Below, one piece after another: positions 42,046 through 50,423 of a stretch of DNA of 64,000 nt. Each line of letters starts with the position of its first letter. The stretch's first letter is position 1. Source of the stretch: Nitrosopumilus sp. (GTDB lineage Archaea > Thermoproteota > Nitrososphaeria > Nitrososphaerales > Nitrosopumilaceae); assembly GCA_965207075.1 (NCBI GenBank), contig CBDBLO010000002.1, positions 1,472,001 through 1,536,000 on the forward strand, written 5' to 3'. The position numbers and the translations under genes were made by a program. The notes under the pieces are model-generated. The model was given only the letters and a program-made list of their open reading frames with translations, did no database searches and was not told where the DNA came from.

Positions 42046-43531
42046 AATTCTGTTTCCTAATTCCGCCGTGGGCATCCGCCCCTGCGGCTTTGAGGCAGGC
42101 ATGCGTTAATTTGTTCAATAAAATTTGACAAAACGGCCAAAGGGCGCTCATGCAGGCGTTGAAATGCTTATGGCGAAAGTCAGACACGATGTATCCCACA
42201 TCTGCGTGCCCAGACAGACGCCAACGCCTGTTCGCGGCGTCGGCATTTAACCATGACTCGATCCCCCCTCCGGGCGCCTGCCGGGGCGGCGCGGCGCGGC
42301 CAGCCCGGGGGAATTCGGCGTACTGGAGGGGGCGGAGCCGCCCATGAGCCGGACGCGGGGCGCCGCAGCGGCGGGAACGGACAACGAAAAGTACGTCAGG
42401 CGCGGCGCGGACCTGTTCATAGAGTATGATCCAGGGTGGGAGGATGACGTGGGGCGCGCAAACGAGGGCAAGGTCGGCGCCCCGTACCGGTACGCGGAGA
42501 CGCTCATCATGCTGGCCGCCGCCTTCAGGGGCGCGCTGGGGATCCGGTACAGACAGCTCGAGGGGATGGTCGGGAAGATGGTAGGCGGATCCAACACGCC
42601 CGCATACAGCCAGCTGTACAAGCGGATCAACAGGCTTGACGCGGACATCCGCCGGAACCCGGACGGGATGGTGACGGTGTCGGACAGGAAGGGGTCGCGG
42701 ATGCTGGCGCTCGACGCAAGCGGGCTCAAGCAGCACAACAGGGGCGAGTGGATGAGGGCCAAGTGGAGGGTTAGGCGGGGCTTTGTAAAGATGCACGTGC
42801 TGGTCGACACGGAGACCATGAAGATACTCGCGCTGGAGGTCACGGACGATGCCGTGGGGGACTCGACCATGTTCGAGTCGCTGCTCGGACAGGTAGTGGA
42901 CGCGGGCGGCGCGCGGCACACGGAGCCGCCCGCCGCGCCACGTTCCGGCGGCGGCCCGAGATACGAAAACCTTCTCGCGTCCGGCATCCCCCCGCTCGCG
43001 TCATTCTTCCCGGGCGCCCCCCGGAACCGGGCCGCGCCCGACCTCCTGCTTGGCGACGCCGCGTACGGATCAAGGAAGAACGTGGCCGCGTGCGCGCGGG
43101 CAGGGGTGACCCCTGGCATTGCACACACCATCAACGTGACGGCGCGTGGCAGGGGATCCGGCGACGCGTGGGGCATATCCGTAAGGGACCAGATGGGCGG
43201 AAGCCCCGACGCGACGCGCCTGGACCTGATGGGCAGGGAGGAGAAGAGGGAGAACCAGGCGTACTGGAAGGCCCGCATAGGCTACGGCCACCGCTGGATC
43301 GCGGAGGCCGTGTTTTCGGTATTCAAGCGCCTGTTCGGCGAGCACCTGATGGCCCTCAAGTGGGAGAACATCGTGCAGGAGATAAGGCTCAAGGTGATCC
43401 AGTACAACAAGTGGAGGGATGAGTCGATAGCGCGCGAGGCGGGAGGCGGGACTTTCTGATGGTGTGACGACCATGTCGTCGTCCGATAGGAATCCAACAG
43501 GCACCCAGACGGCGAATTAGGAAACAGAATT
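42046..43531 (+). mobile_element. IS5-family (IS903-like) insertion sequence (1486 bp)
   Basis: Perfect 18-bp TIR AATTCTGTTTCCTAATTC; 8-bp duplication TTAAGATA at 42038-42045 and 43532-43539. Confidence 0.92.
42344..43459 (+). CDS. IS5-family transposase
   Basis: YRQLEG, LDASGLK...GEW...KMHVLVD, GDAAYGS and Y-GH-R-WIA-E-AVFSVF-K (YREK) motifs. Confidence 0.93.
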   Translation: MSRTRGAAAAGTDNEKYVRRGADLFIEYDPGWEDDVGRANEGKVGAPYRYAETLIMLAAAFRGALGIRYRQLEGMVGKMVGGSNTPAYSQLYKRINRLDADIRRNPDGMVTVSDRKGSRMLALDASGLKQHNRGEWMRAKWRVRRGFVKMHVLVDTETMKILALEVTDDAVGDSTMFESLLGQVVDAGGARHTEPPAAPRSGGGPRYENLLASGIPPLASFFPGAPRNRAAPDLLLGDAAYGSRKNVAACARAGVTPGIAHTINVTARGRGSGDAWGISVRDQMGGSPDATRLDLMGREEKRENQAYWKARIGYGHRWIAEAVFSVFKRLFGEHLMALKWENIVQEIRLKVIQYNKWRDESIAREAGGGTF

Positions 43532-43540
43532 TTAAGATAA

Positions 43541-43631
43541 TGAGATTTTTATACTATGGGGACGTACTCCATATGCGGTTCCGCATTGCAATGCATGCTA
43601 CGGGAAGCTTCGGTGAACCCAGGAATCGCAT
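43541..43631 (-). ncRNA. Candidate structured RNA directly downstream of the native DUF3800 stop
   Basis: AUGCGAUUCC/GGAACCGCAU outer stem (9/10 pairs) enclosing GGG..CCC and GCAU..AUGC hairpins, then a UAUGG/CCAUA hairpin; folded by eye only. Confidence 0.45.
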
Positions 43632-43710
43632 TATAGTTCCACTTTGCCGGTGGAGTGGACCCCCTGTTTTGGTACCATTTCTTGCTCCAAAATCCGAATG
43701 ATTCCTGCCC

Positions 43711-44544
43711 TCATTTATTCGTCATCTCCCACAGTTCGACAAACTCTGCCGGTGTCATGTACCCGATAGAGGAGTGTATCCGCTCTTTGTTGTAGTCGGC
43801 AATGGCTTCTGCAATGATCTTCTCTGCCTCCTGGTAATTGGCAAACTCATGCGGCCAGATGTACTCCTTTTTGAGGGTCTTGTGGAACGACTCGACGTGC
43901 CCGTTCTGCTCCGGTGTGTTCTTCCAGATGAACTCGTGCTTGCCGATGCCCAGGGCCCGGACCGCGCGCCTGAAGTCTCGGCTCGCGTACTGGTTGCCGT
44001 TGTCAGTGCGCAGCCGCAGCCTGGAGCAGTCGGGCCTTTCCGCGGCGACCGCGTTTGTGATCGAGTCGATTGCCACGTCCCTCGTGGCATGGACGTCAAA
44101 CGCGTACGCGATCCACTTGCGCGTAAAGCAGTCTATCACGTTGAAACAGTAGCACCAGCCGTCAATGCCGCACCAGACGTACGTGATGTCAGTCTCCCAC
44201 AGCCGGTTCGGGGCCTCTGGCTTGAAGAGCCTGCGGCCTGCCCGGATGATGTCGTTTTTCGTCTTTTGCGGCTGGATGTAGCCTATCCTGCGGTATATCC
44301 GCTGCACTTTCTTGCGGTTTGTGGACACGCCGGTCTCGCGGGCCACCTGGGCCGCCATTCTTCTGGTTCCATACGTGGGACGCCTGGCCGCAATGCGCCT
44401 GACCACCCGGACGGCGTCCGCGTCCACCGGGACGTTCCTTGGACGCGCAGTGTAATACCATGCCTGCTTGGACATGCCGCAGTATCCCAGCGCCCTGTTG
44501 AGGCTCATATATTTCGCTGCCTTGGTGACTGCCTCCATCCTCAT
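43711..44544 (-). CDS. IS3 OrfB (integrase-like DDE domain)
   Basis: YGTRR, WETDITY, TDNGNQY, NGHVESFHKTLKKE and YNKERIHSSIGY motifs. Confidence 0.95.
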   Translation of the reverse strand: MRMEAVTKAAKYMSLNRALGYCGMSKQAWYYTARPRNVPVDADAVRVVRRIAARRPTYGTRRMAAQVARETGVSTNRKKVQRIYRRIGYIQPQKTKNDIIRAGRRLFKPEAPNRLWETDITYVWCGIDGWCYCFNVIDCFTRKWIAYAFDVHATRDVAIDSITNAVAAERPDCSRLRLRTDNGNQYASRDFRRAVRALGIGKHEFIWKNTPEQNGHVESFHKTLKKEYIWPHEFANYQEAEKIIAEAIADYNKERIHSSIGYMTPAEFVELWEMTNK

Positions 44545-44822
44545 CTTTTTGCCCCCTCCAAAGTTTTTTTTAAAACGTCGTTGGCTATGGTGATCTCTGC
44601 GATTATGCGCTTGAGGTGTTCAATCTCCCGGACGTGGCTCTTGTCAACGTCCCCGTGGCTGGCAAGCGCCTGCTTGCCACCCTGCAGGAACTTGTCCTTC
44701 CAGTCCTGGAAGGTCGCAGGGGAGACATTGTGCTTGCGGCACAGCTCGGCGGCAGATATGCGGGTGGTAAAAAACTCCACCACCGCGTCGGCCTTGTCTT
44801 GCGGGCTGCGTCTCTTGCTCAT
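44541..44822 (-). CDS. IS3 OrfA (HTH)
   Basis: AELCRKHNVSPATFQDWK HTH plus coiled coil; ends after an A8 run and overlaps OrfB in the -1 frame. Confidence 0.9.
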   Translation of the reverse strand: MSKRRSPQDKADAVVEFFTTRISAAELCRKHNVSPATFQDWKDKFLQGGKQALASHGDVDKSHVREIEHLKRIIAEITIANDVLKKTLEGAKR

Positions 44823-45625
44823 GCCCCTGCTGCCGCCTCCTGCACCCTTAAGCATTCGGTTTTGATCGGTCTCACTTTAGCGGGGTCCAGCCCACCGGTA
44901 CGAAACTTCTCTCCATGCAGATTGAAGTATTTGTGCATTATCAACTTATAATATGAAGAGTATTGGCCGCTCATCCTGTAGGTATATGGAAGGTACGCAA
45001 AAAAGTCTGCAAGGTTTAGGATCGGTTGCTGCGTGGGGTCTCCGTTTTGCACGCGTGGATTGATTCTGGTTAAGTCCGTTGGCTTTGGAAAGTTACTGTG
45101 CTTTTGCAATCGCCGGATTGCTTGCTTGATTCTTCTTTCCATCTTTGCGTTGAGCCTTTCGTATATCACGGTGCCGTATGAATCGCGCTCCTCAAGAAAA
45201 TACTGGAACCGTTCCTGCAACAGGTGCAGCGCATACGCCCTTGGGCTTACGGGTTCCGGATACTTGGAATGGGCTGCTAGGCCTATGGATGCCGAAATCA
45301 GCGTGCAATCCAGCCGGTTTATGATGTCAAAGACGTCCTTCTCGAGGCCCTCCCTGTCGTCGATAGGTATCTGGTCGTATGGAGGCTTGTTGTTCCGCAA
45401 CGGATAGTAGTGCAGTTTGAATTTTTCAGGCAGCGGATTCCCGTGAAAGCGGTAATAGAGCATGTAATCGTATTCATCTTCAAAACGTTGTACGGTAGAC
45501 TCGTCTACGATTATCCCTCCTAGCACAAAATACGGAGAGCTTCCAACTATAGGCTTTTTGTCGGCATCTAGGTAGTCGCCCTCATCGCCGCTTTCATCAA
45601 CATAGAGGTTATACGTCATACGCAT
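44819..45625 (-). CDS. DUF3800-like protein (RNase H-like fold); last codons replaced by IS3 sequence
   Basis: LYVDESGD, YFVLGGII and ILNLADFFAY motifs; removing IS3 restores ...FRTGKVEL* with TAA at 43631-43633. Confidence 0.82.
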   Translation of the reverse strand: MRMTYNLYVDESGDEGDYLDADKKPIVGSSPYFVLGGIIVDESTVQRFEDEYDYMLYYRFHGNPLPEKFKLHYYPLRNNKPPYDQIPIDDREGLEKDVFDIINRLDCTLISASIGLAAHSKYPEPVSPRAYALHLLQERFQYFLEERDSYGTVIYERLNAKMERRIKQAIRRLQKHSNFPKPTDLTRINPRVQNGDPTQQPILNLADFFAYLPYTYRMSGQYSSYYKLIMHKYFNLHGEKFRTGGLDPAKVRPIKTECLRVQEAAAGA

Positions 45626-45679
45626 CAGTCCTTTTCCGATCTAGGCGGGCCTCCCGTGCTTAAAGCACTTTACAACCGG

Positions 45680-45763
45680 GGTATTGTTTCCAATCATGAC
45701 ATAAGCACGACTGATGTGGCGGGATCGATGGGATTCGCGGTATCACGAATTGGAAGCAGGGCC
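45680..45763. repeat. MITE copy 2 (84 bp)
   Basis: GGTATTGTTTCCAATCATGACATAAGCACGACTGATGTGGCGGGATCGATGGGATTCGCGGTATCACGAATTGGAAGCAGGGCC. Confidence 0.9.
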
Positions 45764-45771
45764 TTTAGACA

Positions 45772-45856
45772 GGTACCGTTTCCAATTCATGACATAGGCA
45801 CGACTGATGTGGCGGGATCGATGGGATTCGTTACATCACGAATTGGAAGCAGTGCC
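45772..45856. repeat. MITE copy 3 (85 bp)
   Basis: GGTACCGTTTCCAATTCATGACATAGGCACGACTGATGTGGCGGGATCGATGGGATTCGTTACATCACGAATTGGAAGCAGTGCC; 8 bp from copy 2. Confidence 0.9.
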
Positions 45857-45898
45857 GACGCGCCAAACATACAAAAACAGCGTCAGGGTTCTATCAAC

Positions 45899-47614
45899 AT
45901 GCAGTCGGCTGCCAAGTTCATCTTTGTGACGGGCGGCGTGATGTCGGGTCTTGGCAAGGGGGTCACCACCTCGTCGATTGCAAAGCTCCTGCAGCTTGCG
46001 GATCAGAGGGTCTCGTGCGTAAAGATAGACCCCTACCTGAACTATGACGCGGGCACCATGAACCCCGTGGCGCACGGCGAGGTGTTCGTAACGGAGGACG
46101 GCGGCGAGTGCGACATGGACATTGGAAACTACGAGAGGTTTCTCAACCAGAACATACCAAAGAGCCACAACATAACGACGGCCCAGGTGTACTCGTCGGT
46201 CATTGACGCAGAGCGTCGGGGCGAGTACCTTGGCGCCTGCGTGCAGATAATACCGCACATAACAGACGAGATAAAGAGGCGCATACGGGCGATTGCCTAC
46301 GGCGAGGACGGCGCAGGCGGCTTCGGCGACAGTGACGGGGGCAACGGCAGCGGCAGCGGCAACGACTCCAAGCCAAGGTTCCTCATAGTGGAGTGCGGCG
46401 GCACCGTAGGCGACATCGAGTCGCTCCCGTTCCTGGAGGCCCTCAGGCAGATGCGCATAGAGGAGGGCCCGCACAACGTGCTGTTCGTGCACGTGACGCT
46501 CGCGCCAGAGCTTGACGTCGTAGGCGAGCAGAAGACAAAGCCCACGCAGCACAGCGTCCAGGAGCTCCGCCGCATAGGAATCCAGCCGGACTTTATAGCC
46601 GCAAGGTGCACCAGCCCGCTTGGCGAGAAGATAAAGCAGAAGATTGCAATGTTTACAAACGTAACGCCCCAAGACGTGCTGTCGTGCCACGACGCCGAGT
46701 CCATACTCCAGGTGCCGCAGATGCTGCACGAGCAGGGCATAATGGATTCCATATATACAAAATTCGGCATATTCGGAATGCTCAACACCTACTCGAACTG
46801 GGACAGGTGGAACGCCATAGTCAAGAGCATGGCGCATCCGGGAAAGGATCCCATAAGCATTGCAATGGTGGGCAAGTACGTCACGCTGGCGGACAGCTAC
46901 GTCAGCGTCAACCACGCGCTAAAGCACGCCGGCGCGTCCATATCAAGGCCGGTGAACATAGACTGGATCGACTCGGAGTCGATCACCGACTGCGGCATGC
47001 TCTCAAAGTACGACGGCATACTGGTGCCCGGCGGCTTCGGTACGCGCGGCTCGGAGGGAATAATGGACACGGCCACGTACGCGCGGCAAAACGACATACC
47101 GTACCTGGGGATATGCTTCGGGTTCCAGCTCGCGGCAATCGCGTTTGGCAGAAGCGTCCTGGGACTGGAGGGGGCCAACTCCACTGAGATCGACCCGGAC
47201 ACGCCGCATCCGGTGGTGGACCTGCTGCCGGAGCAGAAGGGCGTCTCGGAGATGGGCGGCTCGCTGAGGCTCGGGTCCAACGCGATATCAATATCGGAGG
47301 GCACCATGGCCCGGAAGGTGTACGGCGGCGCGGCGCAGATATCAAAGCGGCACCGCCACAGGTACGAGATAAACGCCGAGTTCATACCGGCCCTGAGGGA
47401 CAAGGGCGCCATATTCTCAGCCGAGAGCGACGCGGGCAGGAGGATGGAGATTATGGAGATTCCGTCCCACAGGTTCTACATGGGGGTGCAGTTCCATCCC
47501 GAGTTCAACAGCAGGCCCGGCTTTCCGGAGGAGTCGTTTGCGGCCTTTGTCAGGGCGGCGGCGGAGCGCGCAAACGAGCGCGCCGGCTCCGCGGCAGGCG
47601 ACGGGGCCGCCTGA
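45899..47614 (+). CDS. pyrG: CTP synthase
   Basis: FVTGGVMSGLGKG, KIDPYLN, KTKPTQHSV, GICFGFQ, RHRHRYE and QFHPEF motifs; ATG at 45899. Confidence 0.98.
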   Translation: MQSAAKFIFVTGGVMSGLGKGVTTSSIAKLLQLADQRVSCVKIDPYLNYDAGTMNPVAHGEVFVTEDGGECDMDIGNYERFLNQNIPKSHNITTAQVYSSVIDAERRGEYLGACVQIIPHITDEIKRRIRAIAYGEDGAGGFGDSDGGNGSGSGNDSKPRFLIVECGGTVGDIESLPFLEALRQMRIEEGPHNVLFVHVTLAPELDVVGEQKTKPTQHSVQELRRIGIQPDFIAARCTSPLGEKIKQKIAMFTNVTPQDVLSCHDAESILQVPQMLHEQGIMDSIYTKFGIFGMLNTYSNWDRWNAIVKSMAHPGKDPISIAMVGKYVTLADSYVSVNHALKHAGASISRPVNIDWIDSESITDCGMLSKYDGILVPGGFGTRGSEGIMDTATYARQNDIPYLGICFGFQLAAIAFGRSVLGLEGANSTEIDPDTPHPVVDLLPEQKGVSEMGGSLRLGSNAISISEGTMARKVYGGAAQISKRHRHRYEINAEFIPALRDKGAIFSAESDAGRRMEIMEIPSHRFYMGVQFHPEFNSRPGFPEESFAAFVRAAAERANERAGSAAGDGAA

Positions 47615-47632
47615 CGGCGCCAAGCCCCGCGC

Positions 47633-48637
47633 TCACTTGATCCCGTGCGACATCTCGTATATCTTCTGGCGGGCGTCCCGGGCCGAGATCTTTTTCTTGA
47701 CGTATCCCTTCTCCACCAGGTTGCGGAGGGCCAGCCGTACGGTCCGGCCGGGAAGAAGCGTCTTTCTCTCAAGCTCCCTGTGCGTGAGCTCGCCCTCGTA
47801 CTCGAGGGTCTTGAGTATGAGCTTGGAGCTCGGTGGCATGCGGAGGAGGTCCTCGGCCAGGTGCACCTTCTTTGCAAGGGCCGCGATGGCGGTGGGCGAC
47901 TTCCTGAGCCGCACTATCCTCGCCGGCGGGTGGAACTGCGTGCACTCCATCGACTTGTCCACCCTGAGGCGGTCGAGCCCGTCGAGCACCACCTCGCAGT
48001 GGAGCTTGGAGGAGATGTCCTCCACCTCTATCACGCTGTCGTTTGACGCTATGACCGGCCTCCGCGTCACGTCAAGCGAGTTGACCGACATTATCTCAAA
48101 GACGTCCGCGTCCTGGAACAGCACGGGCCCGCCCGCCGACATGGAGTACGCCGAGGAGCCTATCGGGGTCGACACGATGACGCCGTCGCTGCTGTCGTGC
48201 CAGACCTCGTCGCCGTTGACCCGCAGCGTGTGCTCCATGAGCATGGCGCTCTTTGAGGGGAATACAGCCGCGTCGTTGAGCACCGGGTAGGCGTTCCTGC
48301 CGTCGATCCGGACCCCGAGCCGCGGAAACTCCTCTATCGTGTAGTTCTGCCGCTTTAGCACGTCCACGTGCGACGGCAGCTCCCTGAGGTCTATCTGCGC
48401 AAGAAACCCACTGCTCTCGCCCTCGCTGATCCCCAGGACCGGGACCGACGCGTCCTGCGCGCGGTGAAAGTACGTGCGCACGCCCTTGTCGCCCCCGAGC
48501 ACGATGATGCAGTCCGCGTCCCCGGCGGACTTGGGAGACGCGGTGGACACTGAGGATATCCCGGCGCGCTCCAGTATCCTCTGTATCGAGCGCGCAGCCG
48601 AGGCCGACACGGCGGGCCTGCAGATGCAGATGTGCAT
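47633..48637 (-). CDS. NAD kinase with C-terminal winged-helix domain
   Basis: LGGDKG, LND and DGVIVSTPIGSSAYSMSAGGP motifs; C-terminal HTH RTVRLALRNL. Confidence 0.92.
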   Translation of the reverse strand: MHICICRPAVSASAARSIQRILERAGISSVSTASPKSAGDADCIIVLGGDKGVRTYFHRAQDASVPVLGISEGESSGFLAQIDLRELPSHVDVLKRQNYTIEEFPRLGVRIDGRNAYPVLNDAAVFPSKSAMLMEHTLRVNGDEVWHDSSDGVIVSTPIGSSAYSMSAGGPVLFQDADVFEIMSVNSLDVTRRPVIASNDSVIEVEDISSKLHCEVVLDGLDRLRVDKSMECTQFHPPARIVRLRKSPTAIAALAKKVHLAEDLLRMPPSSKLILKTLEYEGELTHRELERKTLLPGRTVRLALRNLVEKGYVKKKISARDARQKIYEMSHGIK

Positions 48638-48700
48638 GACGTGCCAAGGCGCGCGTGCAATAAAAAGAGTGGCAGGATGCGCGCCGTGCGGCGGCCGCGC

Positions 48701-49588
48701 TCAGAGTGTCCTGAAGTTCACCATGTTGTAAAAGTAGGAGGCGTTCGTCTGCACGGCGCCCTTGCGCGGCACCTTTTGCAGCCCGACCTTTTTGGAGTCG
48801 AGCGCCGCCTGCGCGGCGCCGCCCGCAAAGCACAGGGCCCACAGAAAGTCCCGCTCCCTTACCATGGTGCAACAGAACGCCGCGCAGAACATGTCCCCCA
48901 CCCCGGTCGTGTCATGGATGCTCTTGTTTGGCAGCCTGATAGAGTATACCTTGTCCCCGTTGAGAAGCGAGATGTCCGCCTTGTCGGTGTACAGCACGTT
49001 CTCCACGCCCTTTTTCTGGAGAGCGACCATGGCGTCCTGCCCGGACCCGCCGGTCAGGTGGCGCGCCTCGTCGGCGTTCACCTTTATGGCCCCCACACCC
49101 GCCAGGTCCAGGTCGGCGTCCCGGAGCGCCACGTCGCCGCCGGGGCCTTCCCGCACCCTCAGAAACCCCTGCGGGTCCACAAGCAGGAACCTCGAGTCCC
49201 TCCTTATCTCCGAGAAGACGTCGGCAGAGATCTCCCCGCACAGGGGGCTTGCGATGGTGCAGTCCGCGCCGTCCGCGCGCTCGTACGGTATGTCGTCGCA
49301 CGCGTGCGCCAGGCGCAGTGTCCGCTCGGCTCCCTCCACGGCGATCGAGAACCGGGTGGTGCCGGAGTCCGACACGGAGGCGCCGCTGTACGATATCCCG
49401 TTGTCGTCGAGGTACTGTCTTGGAAAGTCAGGGCCGAACCGGGTAACCATGCGGGCCGCGAACCCGAACTGGCGCGCCACGAGCGCGCAGTAGCATGCCG
49501 AGCCTCCGATCTGCTCGTGCGTCTGGCCCCCTACAGTAATGCTGTCGATGGTGCAGTGCCCGTACACGGCAAGGCTCCTCTTTGCCAC
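48701..49588 (-). CDS. PfkB-family carbohydrate kinase
   Basis: GGSACY, DPQGFLR, IKVNADE and DTTGVGD motifs. Confidence 0.9.
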   Translation of the reverse strand: MAKRSLAVYGHCTIDSITVGGQTHEQIGGSACYCALVARQFGFAARMVTRFGPDFPRQYLDDNGISYSGASVSDSGTTRFSIAVEGAERTLRLAHACDDIPYERADGADCTIASPLCGEISADVFSEIRRDSRFLLVDPQGFLRVREGPGGDVALRDADLDLAGVGAIKVNADEARHLTGGSGQDAMVALQKKGVENVLYTDKADISLLNGDKVYSIRLPNKSIHDTTGVGDMFCAAFCCTMVRERDFLWALCFAGGAAQAALDSKKVGLQKVPRKGAVQTNASYFYNMVNFRTL

Positions 49589-49932
49589 AGGTTTCCGGCT
49601 TCCTGTGCCGATTTAGTTTTTTGCATCGGCCTTTGCCAGGCAGTCCGCACACAGTATGCGCCCGCGCGACACTATCAGCCTCACGTTTGAGCGCAGGCAG
49701 AAGTGGCACAGTCCGACCGTGTGCTCCATGCATCATTATGCACACACTCAGATTAAAAGATGATCATAGTAGAGAACGGGCAGACCCTTGGGACCCCCAC
49801 AGGCCGGAAAGCGGCGGGGCTCGCGTATGTTTGACTGCCTCATGCGTTCTTTGGCCACGTGCCGGGCATTCCATTTGGAGGAGGGGATTCCTTCCAACGA
49901 CAGGCAATGCACGAGAGTCAATAGGTCGCATC

Positions 49933-49983
49933 CGCCACAGCTCCATCCCCGCCACAGCTCCATCCCCGCCACAGCTCCATCCC
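49933..49983. repeat. 17-bp tandem repeat, 3 copies
   Basis: CGCCACAGCTCCATCCC x3 with no spacers. Confidence 0.9.
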
Positions 49984-50135
49984 CGACGTCTCCTGAAACG
50001 TGCACGGCGCGTGGCCGGTGAAACGTCACATACGCGTGGAACCAAGAGCGCGGCAAGCCGCGGGCGCTGTGATTTGGCCGACTCGGATCAGATTGCCATG
50101 CGCAGGATTATAAGGAGGCACGGCGTCCGCACTGC

Positions 50136-50423
50136 ATGCCATTGAAGCGCGCGAGCCGCGGGCGCACGAAAGGCGGCAAGGGCTACTCCGGAGTGGTCCA
50201 GTGCACCAACTGCGGACAGACGGTCCCAAAGGACAAGGCAAAAAAGGTCACGTCCCGGCTCAACCTGGTAGAGCACACACTGGCAAAGGAGCTGCGGGCG
50301 CAGGGCGCGTACATCGCGTCCCCAACCGTCCTAAAGTGGTACTGCATATCGTGCGCGATACACTTCAAGATACTAAAGATAAGGTCGGCAGACAACAGGC
50401 GCAAGCGCGGCAAGCTGCGCTAG
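50136..50423 (+). CDS. rps26e: 30S ribosomal protein S26e
   Basis: KRASRGRTK, CTNCGQTVPKDKA and YCISCAIH motifs. Confidence 0.96.
   Translation: MPLKRASRGRTKGGKGYSGVVQCTNCGQTVPKDKAKKVTSRLNLVEHTLAKELRAQGAYIASPTVLKWYCISCAIHFKILKIRSADNRRKRGKLR

Larger units (their letters stand above)
43651..44894 (-). mobile_element. IS3-family insertion sequence (1244 bp)
   Basis: TG...CA ends with TIRs TGGAGTGGACCCC / TGGGCTGGACCCC; CCGG on both flanks (43647-43650, 44895-44898). Confidence 0.9.
41954..45763. mobile_element. Putative MITE-bounded composite transposon carrying the DUF3800-like gene
   Basis: MITE copies 1 and 2 in direct orientation; TTTAGACA immediately outside both (41946-41953 and 45764-45771). 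Confidence 0.65.

Noticed and set aside
45680-45856. Tandem 85-bp repeats as a CRISPR array
   Set aside because: Units are too long, the internal segments are conserved rather than unique spacers, and there are no cas genes
45656-45898. 81-aa N-terminal extension of PyrG in the ORF track
   Set aside because: It is chance read-through of two MITE copies; homology starts at the ATG at 45899
47633-48637. NAD kinase-wHTH fusion as a novelty
   Set aside because: To my knowledge this architecture is common in this archaeal lineage; recorded as a feature only
49933-49983. 17-bp repeats as a mini-CRISPR
   Set aside because: Directly adjacent copies with no spacers
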